From Phycisphaerales bacterium UBA7800 (GTDB lineage Bacteria > Planctomycetota > Phycisphaerae > Phycisphaerales > Phycisphaeraceae), in NCBI GenBank assembly GCA_002480565.1, contig DLCK01000080.1, positions 8,192 through 72,191 on the forward strand: a DNA stretch of 64,000 bases, read 5' to 3'. Each line of letters opens with the position of its first letter. Positions within the stretch are counted from its first letter, which is position 1. This document shows, in pieces, positions 40,137 through 50,453 of the stretch. Made by a program: the position numbers and the translations under genes. The notes under the pieces are model-generated. The model did not search any database. It saw only the letters and a list, made by a program, of their open reading frames with translations, and was not told the origin of the DNA.

Positions 40137-42893
40137 TTAAATTTTGGATTCGGCCATGGCTTTACATGCCGCCAAGGCTTCATCGAGTTTGCTTGCGTCT
40201 TTGCCACCGGCCTGAGCTTGGTCTGGGCGGCCACCACCACCACCGCCGGTGAGTGTGGCTGCTTCCTTGACCCAGTCGCCTGCTTTGAGTCCTTTGGCAA
40301 TCATGGCCTTGGGGACGGATGCGATGAAAGCGAGTTTGCTGCCATCGTCTGCTGCTAACAGGATCGCGGCATTGTCACCGTGTTTGTTTTTAAACACATC
40401 CATCGCAGTCCGCAGGGTCTTGCCATCGGCACCGGGAATTTTACAGATGATAATCGACCCGTTCGCTTCATCCGCTAGTGCCTTGGCGGTTTCAACCACA
40501 TTACCGGCTGCGGCTTTGCTGGCCTGCTTCTCATGTTCCTTAACCTTGGCCTGCAACTGCGTGAGCATGTCGCGGACTTTGGCTTTGATGAGCAGGGGCA
40601 ATTGCTTCTCATTGACTGTCGCAGTGATCTGCGTAATCGCGGCTGCCAATTCTTCAACAGGTTGACTCTTAAGTGCCTCGGCACGAGCCAGCAGCAGATC
40701 GGCCTGTGCGGTTGCTTGATGTGCAGCAGGCCCGGTAAGTCCAATGATGCGCCGGATACCCTTGGCAACGGCTTCTTCGCTGATGACCACAAAGCCTTCG
40801 GCATCACCAGTCTTCTGCATATGCACACCACCGCAAAACTCGATGGAGTAGCCCGGCCACTGTTCGTTGTTCGGATCGCTGACAAGGTCACTGACCTTCG
40901 GGCCAATACTCACCACGCGAACCGTCGACGGGTACTTCTCGCCAAACACCGCTCGCAAACCATTAATCGATTGACCCTGTTCCAGTGGTACATACTCGTA
41001 GCTCACCGGCATGTCCGCTGCGATGTCCGCGTTGACCGTCTCTTCAACCAATTCGATCTGCTCAATGGTGACCGCGGAATTCTGCGTAAAGTCAAAACGC
41101 AATTTTTCGTCATCGACCAACGAACCCCGCTGATCAGCGTCAGCATTGACATGCTTGCGCAACGCGCGATTGAGCATGTGCGTGCAGGTGTGATTGAACG
41201 TGATAAGTTTACGGCGTTGTTTATTGACAGTCAGTGTGACTTGCTGCTCACCTGACGCAATGCTGTCACCTTCGGAAGTGCCAAGATGGAAGTACACATC
41301 GCCGACTTTTTGCGTGTCGGTCACGTTGAATGTGCTGTCAACCAAGGTGATCGTCCCAACATCACCAACCTGCCCGCCGGACTCCGCGTAGAAGGGTGTG
41401 GTGTCGGCCAGGACCGCGGTGACTTCGCCAAGGTCAAAAATCTGGATGTGGGTCTTGCCTGTAAACTCGGTGTTTTCGTAGCCGATGAATTCAGTCGCCT
41501 TGAACTTGTTCTTCTGCACCAACTCCACAAGCAGGGCGGTGACATCGGTCTTACCAGCTGATGCCTTGGAGACTTCCTGGTGTTGCTTCCAGCATTTTTC
41601 AAACTCAGCTTCATCGACGGTTAAGCCCTGTTCATCTGCCATGAGTCGGGTCAGATCCAAGGGGAAGCCGTAGGTGGCATAGAGTTCAAAGGCATCTTCG
41701 CCGGAGATGGTTTTGTCTTTGCTGCTCGTTGCTGCGCGGTTGAAGAGTTCAATGCCGCGGTCGAGTGTCCGACGGAAGGCAACTTCTTCTTCCTTGAGTT
41801 CGTCAATCACAGCTTGCGGATTCTTGGCCAGTTCCGGGAAGCTTTCGCCGAAGTGTTTGACGACGGTTGGGACCAACTTGTAGAAGAACGGTTCTTCAAT
41901 GTTGAACGTCTGCTTGCCGAAGCGTACCGCACGGCGGAGGATTGAACGCAGGACATAGTTGCGACCATCGTTGCCACAATGAGCACCATCGCTAAGGGCG
42001 AACGTGAGCGTGCGGATGTGGTCTGCAATCACGCGGTAGGCAATGTCCGCCGGGTTGCTCAGCGTGTCATCACCACCGTCATAGGGCTTGGCACCTGTGA
42101 CCGATTGGATGGCATCAAAGATCGGCGTGAACACGTCGGTGTCGTAGTTACTGGTCTTGCCCTGAAGCAGGCGTGTGATCCGTTCAAAGCCCATACCGGT
42201 GTCCACATGCTTGGCAGGCAAGGATTCGAGCTTGCCCGATGGCGAGCGATTGAACTGGATGAACACGAGGTTCCAGATTTCAATCACTTGCGGATCATCC
42301 GCATTGACCTTGTCACCACCGGACATGTCAGGTGTGCCGTCGTAATGAATTTCCGAGCAGGGGCCACACGGGCCGGTGTCGCCCATCTCCCAGAAGTTGT
42401 CCTTCTTGTTGCCGGGATGGATGCGTTGGGCAGGGAGATATTTTTCCCACATGGCCTTGGCTTCAAGGTCGGGTTCGAGGCCTTCGGATGCGTCCCCTTC
42501 AAAGTAGGTGGCATGCATGCGGTTTGGATCAAGCCCCCAGACATCCACGAGCAGTTCCCAAGCCCAGTCGATCGCTTCGGTCTTGAAATAGTCGCCAAAC
42601 GACCAGTTGCCAAGCATTTCAAAGAACGTGTGGTGATAGGTGTCCTTACCCACATCGTCAAGGTCATTGTGCTTGCCACCAGCCCGGATACATTTTTGGG
42701 TATTGGCAGCACGCGGGTAGGGTGGCTGTTCGGTTCCTAAAAAATAGGGCTTAAACTGGTTCATCCCGGCATTGGCAAACAAGAGTGTCGGGTCATTGTG
42801 CGGCACGACCGGGGAGGACGGCGCAAAGGTATGACCGTGCTTCTGCACAAAGAAGTCGATGAACTGCTGACGGATTTCGTTGCTCGTAGGCAT
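40137..42893 (-). CDS. alaS: Alanine--tRNA ligase
   Basis: DPTLLFANAGMNQFK, HHTFFEMLGNWSFGDYFK, VDTGMGFER, editing HTCTH...EFCGGVH, and GGGGGRPDQAQAGG. Confidence 0.98.
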   Translation of the reverse strand: MPTSNEIRQQFIDFFVQKHGHTFAPSSPVVPHNDPTLLFANAGMNQFKPYFLGTEQPPYPRAANTQKCIRAGGKHNDLDDVGKDTYHHTFFEMLGNWSFGDYFKTEAIDWAWELLVDVWGLDPNRMHATYFEGDASEGLEPDLEAKAMWEKYLPAQRIHPGNKKDNFWEMGDTGPCGPCSEIHYDGTPDMSGGDKVNADDPQVIEIWNLVFIQFNRSPSGKLESLPAKHVDTGMGFERITRLLQGKTSNYDTDVFTPIFDAIQSVTGAKPYDGGDDTLSNPADIAYRVIADHIRTLTFALSDGAHCGNDGRNYVLRSILRRAVRFGKQTFNIEEPFFYKLVPTVVKHFGESFPELAKNPQAVIDELKEEEVAFRRTLDRGIELFNRAATSSKDKTISGEDAFELYATYGFPLDLTRLMADEQGLTVDEAEFEKCWKQHQEVSKASAGKTDVTALLVELVQKNKFKATEFIGYENTEFTGKTHIQIFDLGEVTAVLADTTPFYAESGGQVGDVGTITLVDSTFNVTDTQKVGDVYFHLGTSEGDSIASGEQQVTLTVNKQRRKLITFNHTCTHMLNRALRKHVNADADQRGSLVDDEKLRFDFTQNSAVTIEQIELVEETVNADIAADMPVSYEYVPLEQGQSINGLRAVFGEKYPSTVRVVSIGPKVSDLVSDPNNEQWPGYSIEFCGGVHMQKTGDAEGFVVISEEAVAKGIRRIIGLTGPAAHQATAQADLLLARAEALKSQPVEELAAAITQITATVNEKQLPLLIKAKVRDMLTQLQAKVKEHEKQASKAAAGNVVETAKALADEANGSIIICKIPGADGKTLRTAMDVFKNKHGDNAAILLAADDGSKLAFIASVPKAMIAKGLKAGDWVKEAATLTGGGGGGRPDQAQAGGKDASKLDEALAACKAMAESKI

Positions 42894-43155
42894 TGGATGG
42901 TTCCGAGGTTTCCAGTTGAGGTAATGGCTTTAACCGTTTTGAATCGCAGAGTATAGTCGATTTGACGGTAAAGTTCATCGTCTCGGGACTCGGCCACTGC
43001 ATCAGGCTGACACCTGACAAAAGACATTGACGACGGATGTTGTCAGGATCAACCGCTTGGATGACAATGGCTTTTTCAGCCCCGCGATACGATGCGTCTG
43101 CAAATGCGTTTAGTTGTGAACTTCAAAACCGCCAATTGAACTTCAAGCAGTTGGA

Positions 43156-44727
43156 TTGGTTATAGGATTGGAAAACAAGTTGAACCTTACTCGTTTTTTG
43201 AATGTGTGTCTGTTGAGCTTGTTGTTCCCCATGACTGTGAATGCGACGCCACCGGAGCCATTGCTTCACGAGCCGTTGCCAAAAGCGTCCGCCGGACACT
43301 TACCGCGATGGCGTGGGTTTAATCTACTTAATCAATTTTACGCAGGCAGTCCGCAGCGGGATCGTCCATTTGAGGAGTCAGACTTTGCGATGATCAAGGC
43401 GTTGGGTTTTAACTTTGTTCGCCTGCCATTGGATTATCGTTGTTGGATTGTGGATGGGGATTGGGAGCAATTGGATCAAGCGGTGTTAGCTCGCATCGAT
43501 CAAGCCGTCCGGTGGGGGCAGCAGTACAACCTTCATGTGAGTCTGAATTTTCATCGTGCGCCGGGTTATACCGTTGCCAAACCTGCGGAGAAAACAAGCC
43601 TGTGGTCGGATGAAAAAACGCAGGACATTTGCGCGATGCATTGGGCGGAGTTTGCCCGGCGGTATCGTGGTATCCCGTCATCACAGTTGAGCTTTAATCT
43701 GTTTAACGAACCCAATGCAGTGAACGCAGAAGTGTATGCTCAGGTGGTGAACAAGATCGTCACTGCCATTGGTAAGCAGGACTCCGAGCGACTGATCATC
43801 TGTGATGGGATTAAATGGGGCACGCAGCCGGTGGCTGAATTGGTGCCTTTGAAAGTGGCGATGTCGACGCATTGTTACAAGCCGATGAACGTGACGCATT
43901 ACAACGCCAGTTGGGTGGCGTCCAAAGATTACACACAACCGACATGGCCGATTGCTGTGGCATTTGGCACACTCTATGCACCGGGCAAATCAGGTCTCCA
44001 GCAAGCCAGTTTTGAACCCATGGTTATTGAAGGAAAATTCAACGAGCCGACGGCTTTGCGTTTGCACGTCGATAAAGTCTCGAACAACGCGACGCTGCTG
44101 GTGCAAGCCGATGGCCAGACGATTTGGGAAAAAGCATTTGTCTGCGGCCCCGGTGATGGTGAATGGAAAGAATCCCAACACTTGCCAGAGTGGGATACGT
44201 ATCAGTGCGTGTATGACCGGGATTATGTCGTGAACATTCCTGCTCACAGCAGCAAGGTGACCGTGGCAGTAACCAAAGGTGATTGGTTACGCATCAGTCA
44301 GATCGGTATCGCGACATCAGGCAAACCCGAACACATTCAAGACCTGCGAAACGATTGGGATAAACCTACCGGGCATCTGACCTATCAACCCCAGGCCGGC
44401 AAGCCAATCTTTGTCACCAGCAAGTTTGAAGACCGGGATTGGTTAAAGGATCAAACCATGACAGACTGGTTGGCATTTCAAAAACAACATCAAGTCGGGA
44501 TCATGGTCGGTGAGTTTGGCGTTTACAATCAGACGCCTCATGATGTCGCGTTAGCATGGATGAAAGATTGCCTGAGTAATTGGAAAGAAGCTAATTGGGG
44601 TTGGGCACTCTGGGAGTTTCGTGGTTCATTTGGCATTCTTGACAGCGGCCGCAGTGATGTGGAATACGAAGACTTTCACGGTCACAAACTTGATCGCAAA
44701 ATGCTTGAGTTGTTACAGCAATATTGA
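43156..44727 (+). CDS. Secreted GH5 (cellulase family) glycoside hydrolase
   Basis: WRGFNL, GFNFVRLP, acid/base NLFNEP, nucleophile VGEFG, GWALWEFRGSFG. Start uncertain. Confidence 0.88.
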   Translation: MVIGLENKLNLTRFLNVCLLSLLFPMTVNATPPEPLLHEPLPKASAGHLPRWRGFNLLNQFYAGSPQRDRPFEESDFAMIKALGFNFVRLPLDYRCWIVDGDWEQLDQAVLARIDQAVRWGQQYNLHVSLNFHRAPGYTVAKPAEKTSLWSDEKTQDICAMHWAEFARRYRGIPSSQLSFNLFNEPNAVNAEVYAQVVNKIVTAIGKQDSERLIICDGIKWGTQPVAELVPLKVAMSTHCYKPMNVTHYNASWVASKDYTQPTWPIAVAFGTLYAPGKSGLQQASFEPMVIEGKFNEPTALRLHVDKVSNNATLLVQADGQTIWEKAFVCGPGDGEWKESQHLPEWDTYQCVYDRDYVVNIPAHSSKVTVAVTKGDWLRISQIGIATSGKPEHIQDLRNDWDKPTGHLTYQPQAGKPIFVTSKFEDRDWLKDQTMTDWLAFQKQHQVGIMVGEFGVYNQTPHDVALAWMKDCLSNWKEANWGWALWEFRGSFGILDSGRSDVEYEDFHGHKLDRKMLELLQQY

Positions 44728-44756
44728 GTCAGTTCGCAGGATGGATGATTGCTCTT

Positions 44757-45587
44757 TTACCACCACAGATAGTTGCTGCTGCATTCGAGTTGATGCAGGC
44801 CAGCTCCTGAGCTTCCGGTGATCCCCATTTCTGCTTCAGGCTTCCATTTGCCTGACCCGTCAATCAAGACGACGTTAGATCCACCGGTGCGTTGTTTGAG
44901 ATATCGATTATTGCTGTAGGGGTTGTAGCCTGAAAAGTGCCCGGAGATGGTATCGAAATTGCCGGAAGTACTACTGCGTGTTACGTCGGTGACGATGGCG
45001 TCATAATACGTTTCCTGTTCCATATCCATGGGGATGGATTCGATGCCATCGGCAACCATGTAGTACCACTTGGATGAGGAATCTTTGGCGTTTTGTGATG
45101 TACCTGCGGTAAAGCGGTCAGCACGTTGGAGTCCGACGCGACCACCGATGAGGTTATATCCGGTGATGCAGTAGTTGTACGTGTGACTGCTGAATCCTTT
45201 GCCAGTTGAAGGTCCCCAGAATGCATCACTGTTTGAAGCGGGATTGTTAGGGCAGTAGAACGAATCACGGACCAAGCCATAGCTCAGCAGATAGTCACGG
45301 GCACCACCATTGAGATGGTAGGGGCGTGAGGTTTTGGTGGTGCTGATTTCGTCGTAATAGCCTTCCCAGTTACCAGTGTCCGGGAGTTTTTGCTTGTTGT
45401 CATTGGATGCCATGAGCATGGCTTGAGCGATACTGCGAGCATTGGTCAGACACTTGAGTCGCGCAGCGGATTGCTTTGCTTTGGATAATGCAGGAAGCAA
45501 AATGGCGATGAGCAGGGCAATGATTGAAATGACAACTAACAATTCAATCAATGTAAATCCCACGCGCGAGTGTTTCGTGTGTTGCAT
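44757..45587 (-). CDS. Prepilin-type (DUF1559-like) protein
   Basis: [45 protein letters not shown]. Confidence 0.88.
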   Translation of the reverse strand: MQHTKHSRVGFTLIELLVVISIIALLIAILLPALSKAKQSAARLKCLTNARSIAQAMLMASNDNKQKLPDTGNWEGYYDEISTTKTSRPYHLNGGARDYLLSYGLVRDSFYCPNNPASNSDAFWGPSTGKGFSSHTYNYCITGYNLIGGRVGLQRADRFTAGTSQNAKDSSSKWYYMVADGIESIPMDMEQETYYDAIVTDVTRSSTSGNFDTISGHFSGYNPYSNNRYLKQRTGGSNVVLIDGSGKWKPEAEMGITGSSGAGLHQLECSSNYLWW

Positions 45588-45863
45588 GGCAGGTCTCGAT
45601 TTTAAAAAGATGCGTCTAATGTCAAAACAACGAATGTACTAAAGCAAAGAATAAAGAAATGCTATTAGAAATTATATGCGACAGGTGTATGTTCACAACC
45701 GCTATTTAGAGCCAAACATACACTGTTATAACTGTTTTTTGTACATATCGCTTGTGAAATGGGATTGTATTGATATTTCAATCCTATATAGGATTTTGCC
45801 AGTTCATATATATGTCAACGTTTTGTATGTTGTGTCTGGTTTGCGAGAGTGTTGTTGCCAGGT

Positions 45864-46706
45864 TCACCACCAGAGTTTGATGTTGCTGCCGTATTCCAGT
45901 TGGCAAAGTCCGTCGCCTTGGCTACCTGTGGTCAGTCCAAGATTGGTGCGTTGACGCCATTTACCTGAGCCGTCAACCATGAATATATTTGAACCGCCTA
46001 GGCCATCTTTGATGTATCGGTTGGAGCCTGCGGTAAATTCGTTGCGACCACTCATATGACCTGTGATCGTATCAAATGACACATTGTAGGTTCGTACCAC
46101 ATCGGTAATAATTTCGTCGTAGACTGCATCATGTTCAAGATTCAAATGAATCGACTCGACACCATCAGGAACCATTTTGACCCAACTTGCGGAACTGTCT
46201 TTGGCGGTAATGAATGTGCCAGTGCTTGCAGGATTGGCACGTTGAAGTCCAACACGTCCACCGAGGATTTGATAGCCGATGACAGTGAATTGATTGCTGG
46301 CAAATGACGATGCCAACTCAGGCCCCCAGTAGGCATCGATGTTGGCTGCGGTATTATTGGGACAGTAGAAATTTTCACGTGTCAGACCGTATTGCAACAT
46401 GTAATTTCTAGCACCTGCGTTGATGCGATACGGTTGACTGGTCGCTCCTGGATGATGATCGCCAAACTGACCGTTGGCTCCCAGCCAGTTACCCAAATCT
46501 GGAATGTTGAGTTTGTTGTCCTGCGAAGCCATCAAAATCGCTTGTCCCACACCACGGACATTGGCAAGGCATTTGACACGTATCGCTGACTCACGCGCTT
46601 TGGCAAGTGCTGGCAGCAGAATGGCTATGAGCAGGGCAATGATGGATATCACGACCAGTAGCTCAATCAATGTAAAAGCATGCCGGTAATCGCGGGAATG
46701 AATCAT
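45864..46706 (-). CDS. Prepilin-type (DUF1559-like) protein, paralogue of 44757-45587
   Basis: [43 protein letters not shown]. Confidence 0.88.
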   Translation of the reverse strand: MIHSRDYRHAFTLIELLVVISIIALLIAILLPALAKARESAIRVKCLANVRGVGQAILMASQDNKLNIPDLGNWLGANGQFGDHHPGATSQPYRINAGARNYMLQYGLTRENFYCPNNTAANIDAYWGPELASSFASNQFTVIGYQILGGRVGLQRANPASTGTFITAKDSSASWVKMVPDGVESIHLNLEHDAVYDEIITDVVRTYNVSFDTITGHMSGRNEFTAGSNRYIKDGLGGSNIFMVDGSGKWRQRTNLGLTTGSQGDGLCQLEYGSNIKLWW

Positions 46707-47066
46707 ATATTTCTCTCTCCGAAACAGAAGTGAAACTTAGCGATAGGATTCCCGAGGAAATGAAATGCAGGAACCACATAGCCTTATGTTAAATTATATC
46801 TGGCATATCGACTAAGGCAATCAATTGTTTGAATCAAGATTCGGCGAAATAGTTCAGATTAAACGGGTTTTAGCCATAGTCGTAACTCTAATTGTCAGTT
46901 ATCGGCTTACCGTTTGATCATTTTGCAATTCAGATTTACATGGCCTGTATCTGCTCTGAGACATCAACCTTGCCTTGAAGAAATTTGATTGATTTATTAC
47001 CGTCAACCGTATTGTTGTCACATTTCACGATCTGCGACCTTGAACTTGTATTGCCTGGGAAAATAA

Positions 47067-48476
47067 ATGTCCACTAAACCCAACATCATCTTACTCGTCG
47101 GTGAAGACACCGGCCGACATCAACATTGCTACGGTGACCGCTTTGCCAAAACCCCCAATCTTGATCGCTTGGCAAGCGAAGGTTGCCTGTATACCAATGC
47201 CTGTAGTACCGCGCCGGTTTGTGCGCCATCGCGATCAACTTTGGTGATGGGACAGTTTGCCAACAAGGTCGGTTCGCATCACATGCGGTCAACCTTGCTA
47301 AATCCTCTACGATTGATGACGCATGAGTTGGCCGATGCTGGCTATCACGTGAACTGGGCCAACAAGACCGACTTTAACTTTGAACCGCCAGACGATTTTG
47401 CTCACGAAACTTCGGATTGGATCACAACACTTGAGCAGGGCGAATATCCAACTGACAAGCCGTTTTTTTATTACTTCAACTTCGGCATGACGCATGAAAG
47501 TGGGATGTGGCCTGAAGGCTCGTCTGGCAATCCATGCACTCATGTCGAGGAGCCTTGCGTCGATCCTAAACTCACTGAGGGGATTGATGTGCCACCCTAT
47601 CTGCCTGATACGCCAGTCGTCCGTAGTGAGTTGTATCGCTATTACCAGAAGCTTCATCAGCAGGACCAGCAGATCGGTCGAGTTCTCAACGCGCTCGATG
47701 GACAAGGCTTAACCCAGAACACCGTTGTTATCTATCTCACTGATCATGGCAGAGGACAGATCCGCGAAAAACGTTGGCTCTATGAAGCAGGTATCCATTT
47801 ACCTCTTATTATCCGCGCGCCGGGAGTTACAACACCAGGCAGCTTCTGCGAACAACTTGTGAGTTGGGTCGACATTGCACCGACCCTGCTAAGTTTGGCA
47901 GGTGTTACGATTCCTGACAGCTATGATGGCCGTGTTATTCTCGGTGAAAACCGACAGTCTGAACCGCAATGCATTTTTGCTGCCCGTGATCGCATGGACG
48001 AATGTTTCGATCGCGTCCGTGCAGCAAGGAGTCGCAGATTTTTGTATCTCCGCAATGACTTCCCGCAATTACCCTGGGCTCAGCGATTGCGATACATGGA
48101 GATCATGCCCGCCACGCGAGAGGTTCGACAGATGCATGTTGATGGCCAATTGAACTTCCCCGCAAACCTGTTTATGCAACCGACCAAACCCGCCGAAGAG
48201 TTGTACGATATCGTGGTCGATCCGCACTGTATTCATAATCTCGCAGATGATCCACGCTATGCCGACACGCTCGCGACCCATCGCAATGAGGTTGCTCACT
48301 GGATCAAACGCATTGATGACAAGGGCTATCAAACCGAACGTCAGTTAATTGAGCAGGGCATTGTCAAAAATCGACTGGATGATGAATACGCGCTGCGTAT
48401 CGAACCATTAACGGAACCCACTCGCATGGGCGGAGTGTATGACTCACATCTCACACAAGAGTGTTTGTCAGATTGA
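47067..48476 (+). CDS. Cys-type S1 sulfatase
   Basis: KPNIILLVGED, formylglycine motif CAPSRSTLVMG, LTDHG, EELYDIVVDP. No signal peptide evident. Confidence 0.92.
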   Translation: MSTKPNIILLVGEDTGRHQHCYGDRFAKTPNLDRLASEGCLYTNACSTAPVCAPSRSTLVMGQFANKVGSHHMRSTLLNPLRLMTHELADAGYHVNWANKTDFNFEPPDDFAHETSDWITTLEQGEYPTDKPFFYYFNFGMTHESGMWPEGSSGNPCTHVEEPCVDPKLTEGIDVPPYLPDTPVVRSELYRYYQKLHQQDQQIGRVLNALDGQGLTQNTVVIYLTDHGRGQIREKRWLYEAGIHLPLIIRAPGVTTPGSFCEQLVSWVDIAPTLLSLAGVTIPDSYDGRVILGENRQSEPQCIFAARDRMDECFDRVRAARSRRFLYLRNDFPQLPWAQRLRYMEIMPATREVRQMHVDGQLNFPANLFMQPTKPAEELYDIVVDPHCIHNLADDPRYADTLATHRNEVAHWIKRIDDKGYQTERQLIEQGIVKNRLDDEYALRIEPLTEPTRMGGVYDSHLTQECLSD

Positions 48477-48496
48477 GGTAGACGTACAATTTTAAT

Positions 48497-50164
48497 TTAC
48501 GCAACCGATTGATTGGTATCAGTATCTTTAGAGTCGGTTAGCCGGATGGCGTTTGCGGCATTCAGACTCACGACACGATCGCGTCCCTGTTCCTTTGCCA
48601 TGTATAGGAATTCATCTGCTCTTTGGATTAATGAGCCGGCGGTGGTCCCATGTGCGGGATACATTGCCACACCGACTGAGATCGATAGTTTGCCCAGAGA
48701 TTTTTGATCATGTTGCAGGTCAAGTCTGCGGATGGCTTCACATAATTTTTCAGCCACATGCACCGCATCCTCCGGCGAGATGTCCGGGCAGACGATACAA
48801 AATTCTTCGCCACCGTAACGGCAGGTCGTATCTTCAATCCGCAGATTATGCTTCATTTCACTGGAAATATTACTCAATACCACATCGCCAGCTTTATGAC
48901 CGAAGGTATCGTTGAAGCGTTTGAAGTGATCGACATCCAGCATCATCACAGCCATATTCGACTGCTGTCGTTCTGATCGACTGACCATTTGATCCAATGC
49001 TTCAAGCATGTAACGACGGTTGTACAGCCCTGTAAGAGGGTCACGGATTGCCTGTTCACGAAGACTGTCTCTTAGCTGAATATTGGCTAAAGCAAGCCCG
49101 ATCTGCTCTGCAACGGATGCGATGAGTTTGATATCCTCACTGCTTAAATCTTCGTCATGGTTCATCGCATGAAACACACCAATCGTTTCACCTTGAGCAA
49201 TCAATGGGATGCAGATAGTTTGGCGATCAATGTCGTCATTCATGTGATCACATTGAATGTGAAGATTATTTGCTTTGGAAATATGCTGATGACCTCGTCG
49301 TAACGCCCAGCATTCATTAGGCAGATACGCATTGCGACCTGGCCAATCCTTGCCCCAACTCAGTAAGACATCCAAACGATTCCGTGAAGATTTGATGATG
49401 GCAATTGCGCCTGAAATATTGGGTAATAACACTGGCATGATTTTATTGACGACCGATGCGGCTTCATCAATTGAAGCGCAAGTATTAAGCAAGCCTGTCA
49501 TAGACTGCATGATGGTGATAATCCGAGTGCGGTCTTCAACACGGTTTTCAAGAATGCTTTTTTCATGAAGTACAGCTTTGTTGACAATCTGGCCTGCAAA
49601 CAACCCCAGGAGCATCACCACAAAGAGGCCAATACAGCTGGAGAGACCAAAAATCCAACGCAGTTTTGAAACTGCTGCTGCAATATCAGACAACGGCATT
49701 GACGCACGTGCCGTAATCTTTCTGTCATTTGAATCAATCACTTTTGCTGCTGCGACGTACAACAAATCCTGCTTGATGGTTGAACTATATCGCTTGGATG
49801 TGCTTAAGCCCGATGTCATTGCGCCGACAATTTCCGGGCGATCCGCATGGTTCTCGATTTTGATTACTTCATTGACGGATAACTTGGAATCACCAAGCAC
49901 CACCCCATCTTGATCAATGAACGTGATGCGGGCTTTACTGGCTTTTCCCAGACGATCAGCCAACTCATCAATCGCTGCAAAATTCTGCTGATCCGAAAGT
50001 GTCTTGAAAGATTCTATCGCACTTGTGGCAGTACGTCCCAACTCCGTTTCAATTCGATTTCCCAGGTTGGTCTTGGTGAATTCCTGGATAAAGAAAAAAC
50101 TCACAACGACCATGAAAACCATGATGCAAAGTGGGATGGCGATGATTTTATGTTGGATCGACAT
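48497..50164 (-). CDS. Membrane sensor-GAF-GGDEF diguanylate cyclase
   Basis: Two TM segments around a sensor domain, a GAF-like region, DPLTGLYNRR, DHFKRFNDTFGH, GGEEF, and an RxxD I-site (RIED). Confidence 0.9.
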   Translation of the reverse strand: MSIQHKIIAIPLCIMVFMVVVSFFFIQEFTKTNLGNRIETELGRTATSAIESFKTLSDQQNFAAIDELADRLGKASKARITFIDQDGVVLGDSKLSVNEVIKIENHADRPEIVGAMTSGLSTSKRYSSTIKQDLLYVAAAKVIDSNDRKITARASMPLSDIAAAVSKLRWIFGLSSCIGLFVVMLLGLFAGQIVNKAVLHEKSILENRVEDRTRIITIMQSMTGLLNTCASIDEAASVVNKIMPVLLPNISGAIAIIKSSRNRLDVLLSWGKDWPGRNAYLPNECWALRRGHQHISKANNLHIQCDHMNDDIDRQTICIPLIAQGETIGVFHAMNHDEDLSSEDIKLIASVAEQIGLALANIQLRDSLREQAIRDPLTGLYNRRYMLEALDQMVSRSERQQSNMAVMMLDVDHFKRFNDTFGHKAGDVVLSNISSEMKHNLRIEDTTCRYGGEEFCIVCPDISPEDAVHVAEKLCEAIRRLDLQHDQKSLGKLSISVGVAMYPAHGTTAGSLIQRADEFLYMAKEQGRDRVVSLNAANAIRLTDSKDTDTNQSVA

Positions 50165-50453
50165 TGCAGCCCTTAATGACTTATCCAGAGCGGGTAAGTA
50201 TTGGCGGTGGTTGAGCTGTAGGACAAGAACTGGACTTGCCCGTCAAAACGAATAAGGCTACACAGATTGATTTGTTATCGGTGAGATTCCGTTAAACATT
50301 AACCTGCAAATTCCAGTTTATTAGACATAACCAAGGCACTTTTTTACGTGTCCATAATCGTTATTGATTATATGAGTGATGTTTTTGTGCCGGGTTATGA
50401 CGAGTGGATAAAGATTCGCTGACGAACACAGAGTTTGTTATCCAGACGTGACT

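Noticed and set aside
45685-45723. Inverted repeat GTGTATGTT / AACATACAC between the tandem pilin genes
   Set aside because: The 9-bp arms have a 21-nt spacer and no U tract in AT-rich DNA. That is too weak to call a terminator or operator.
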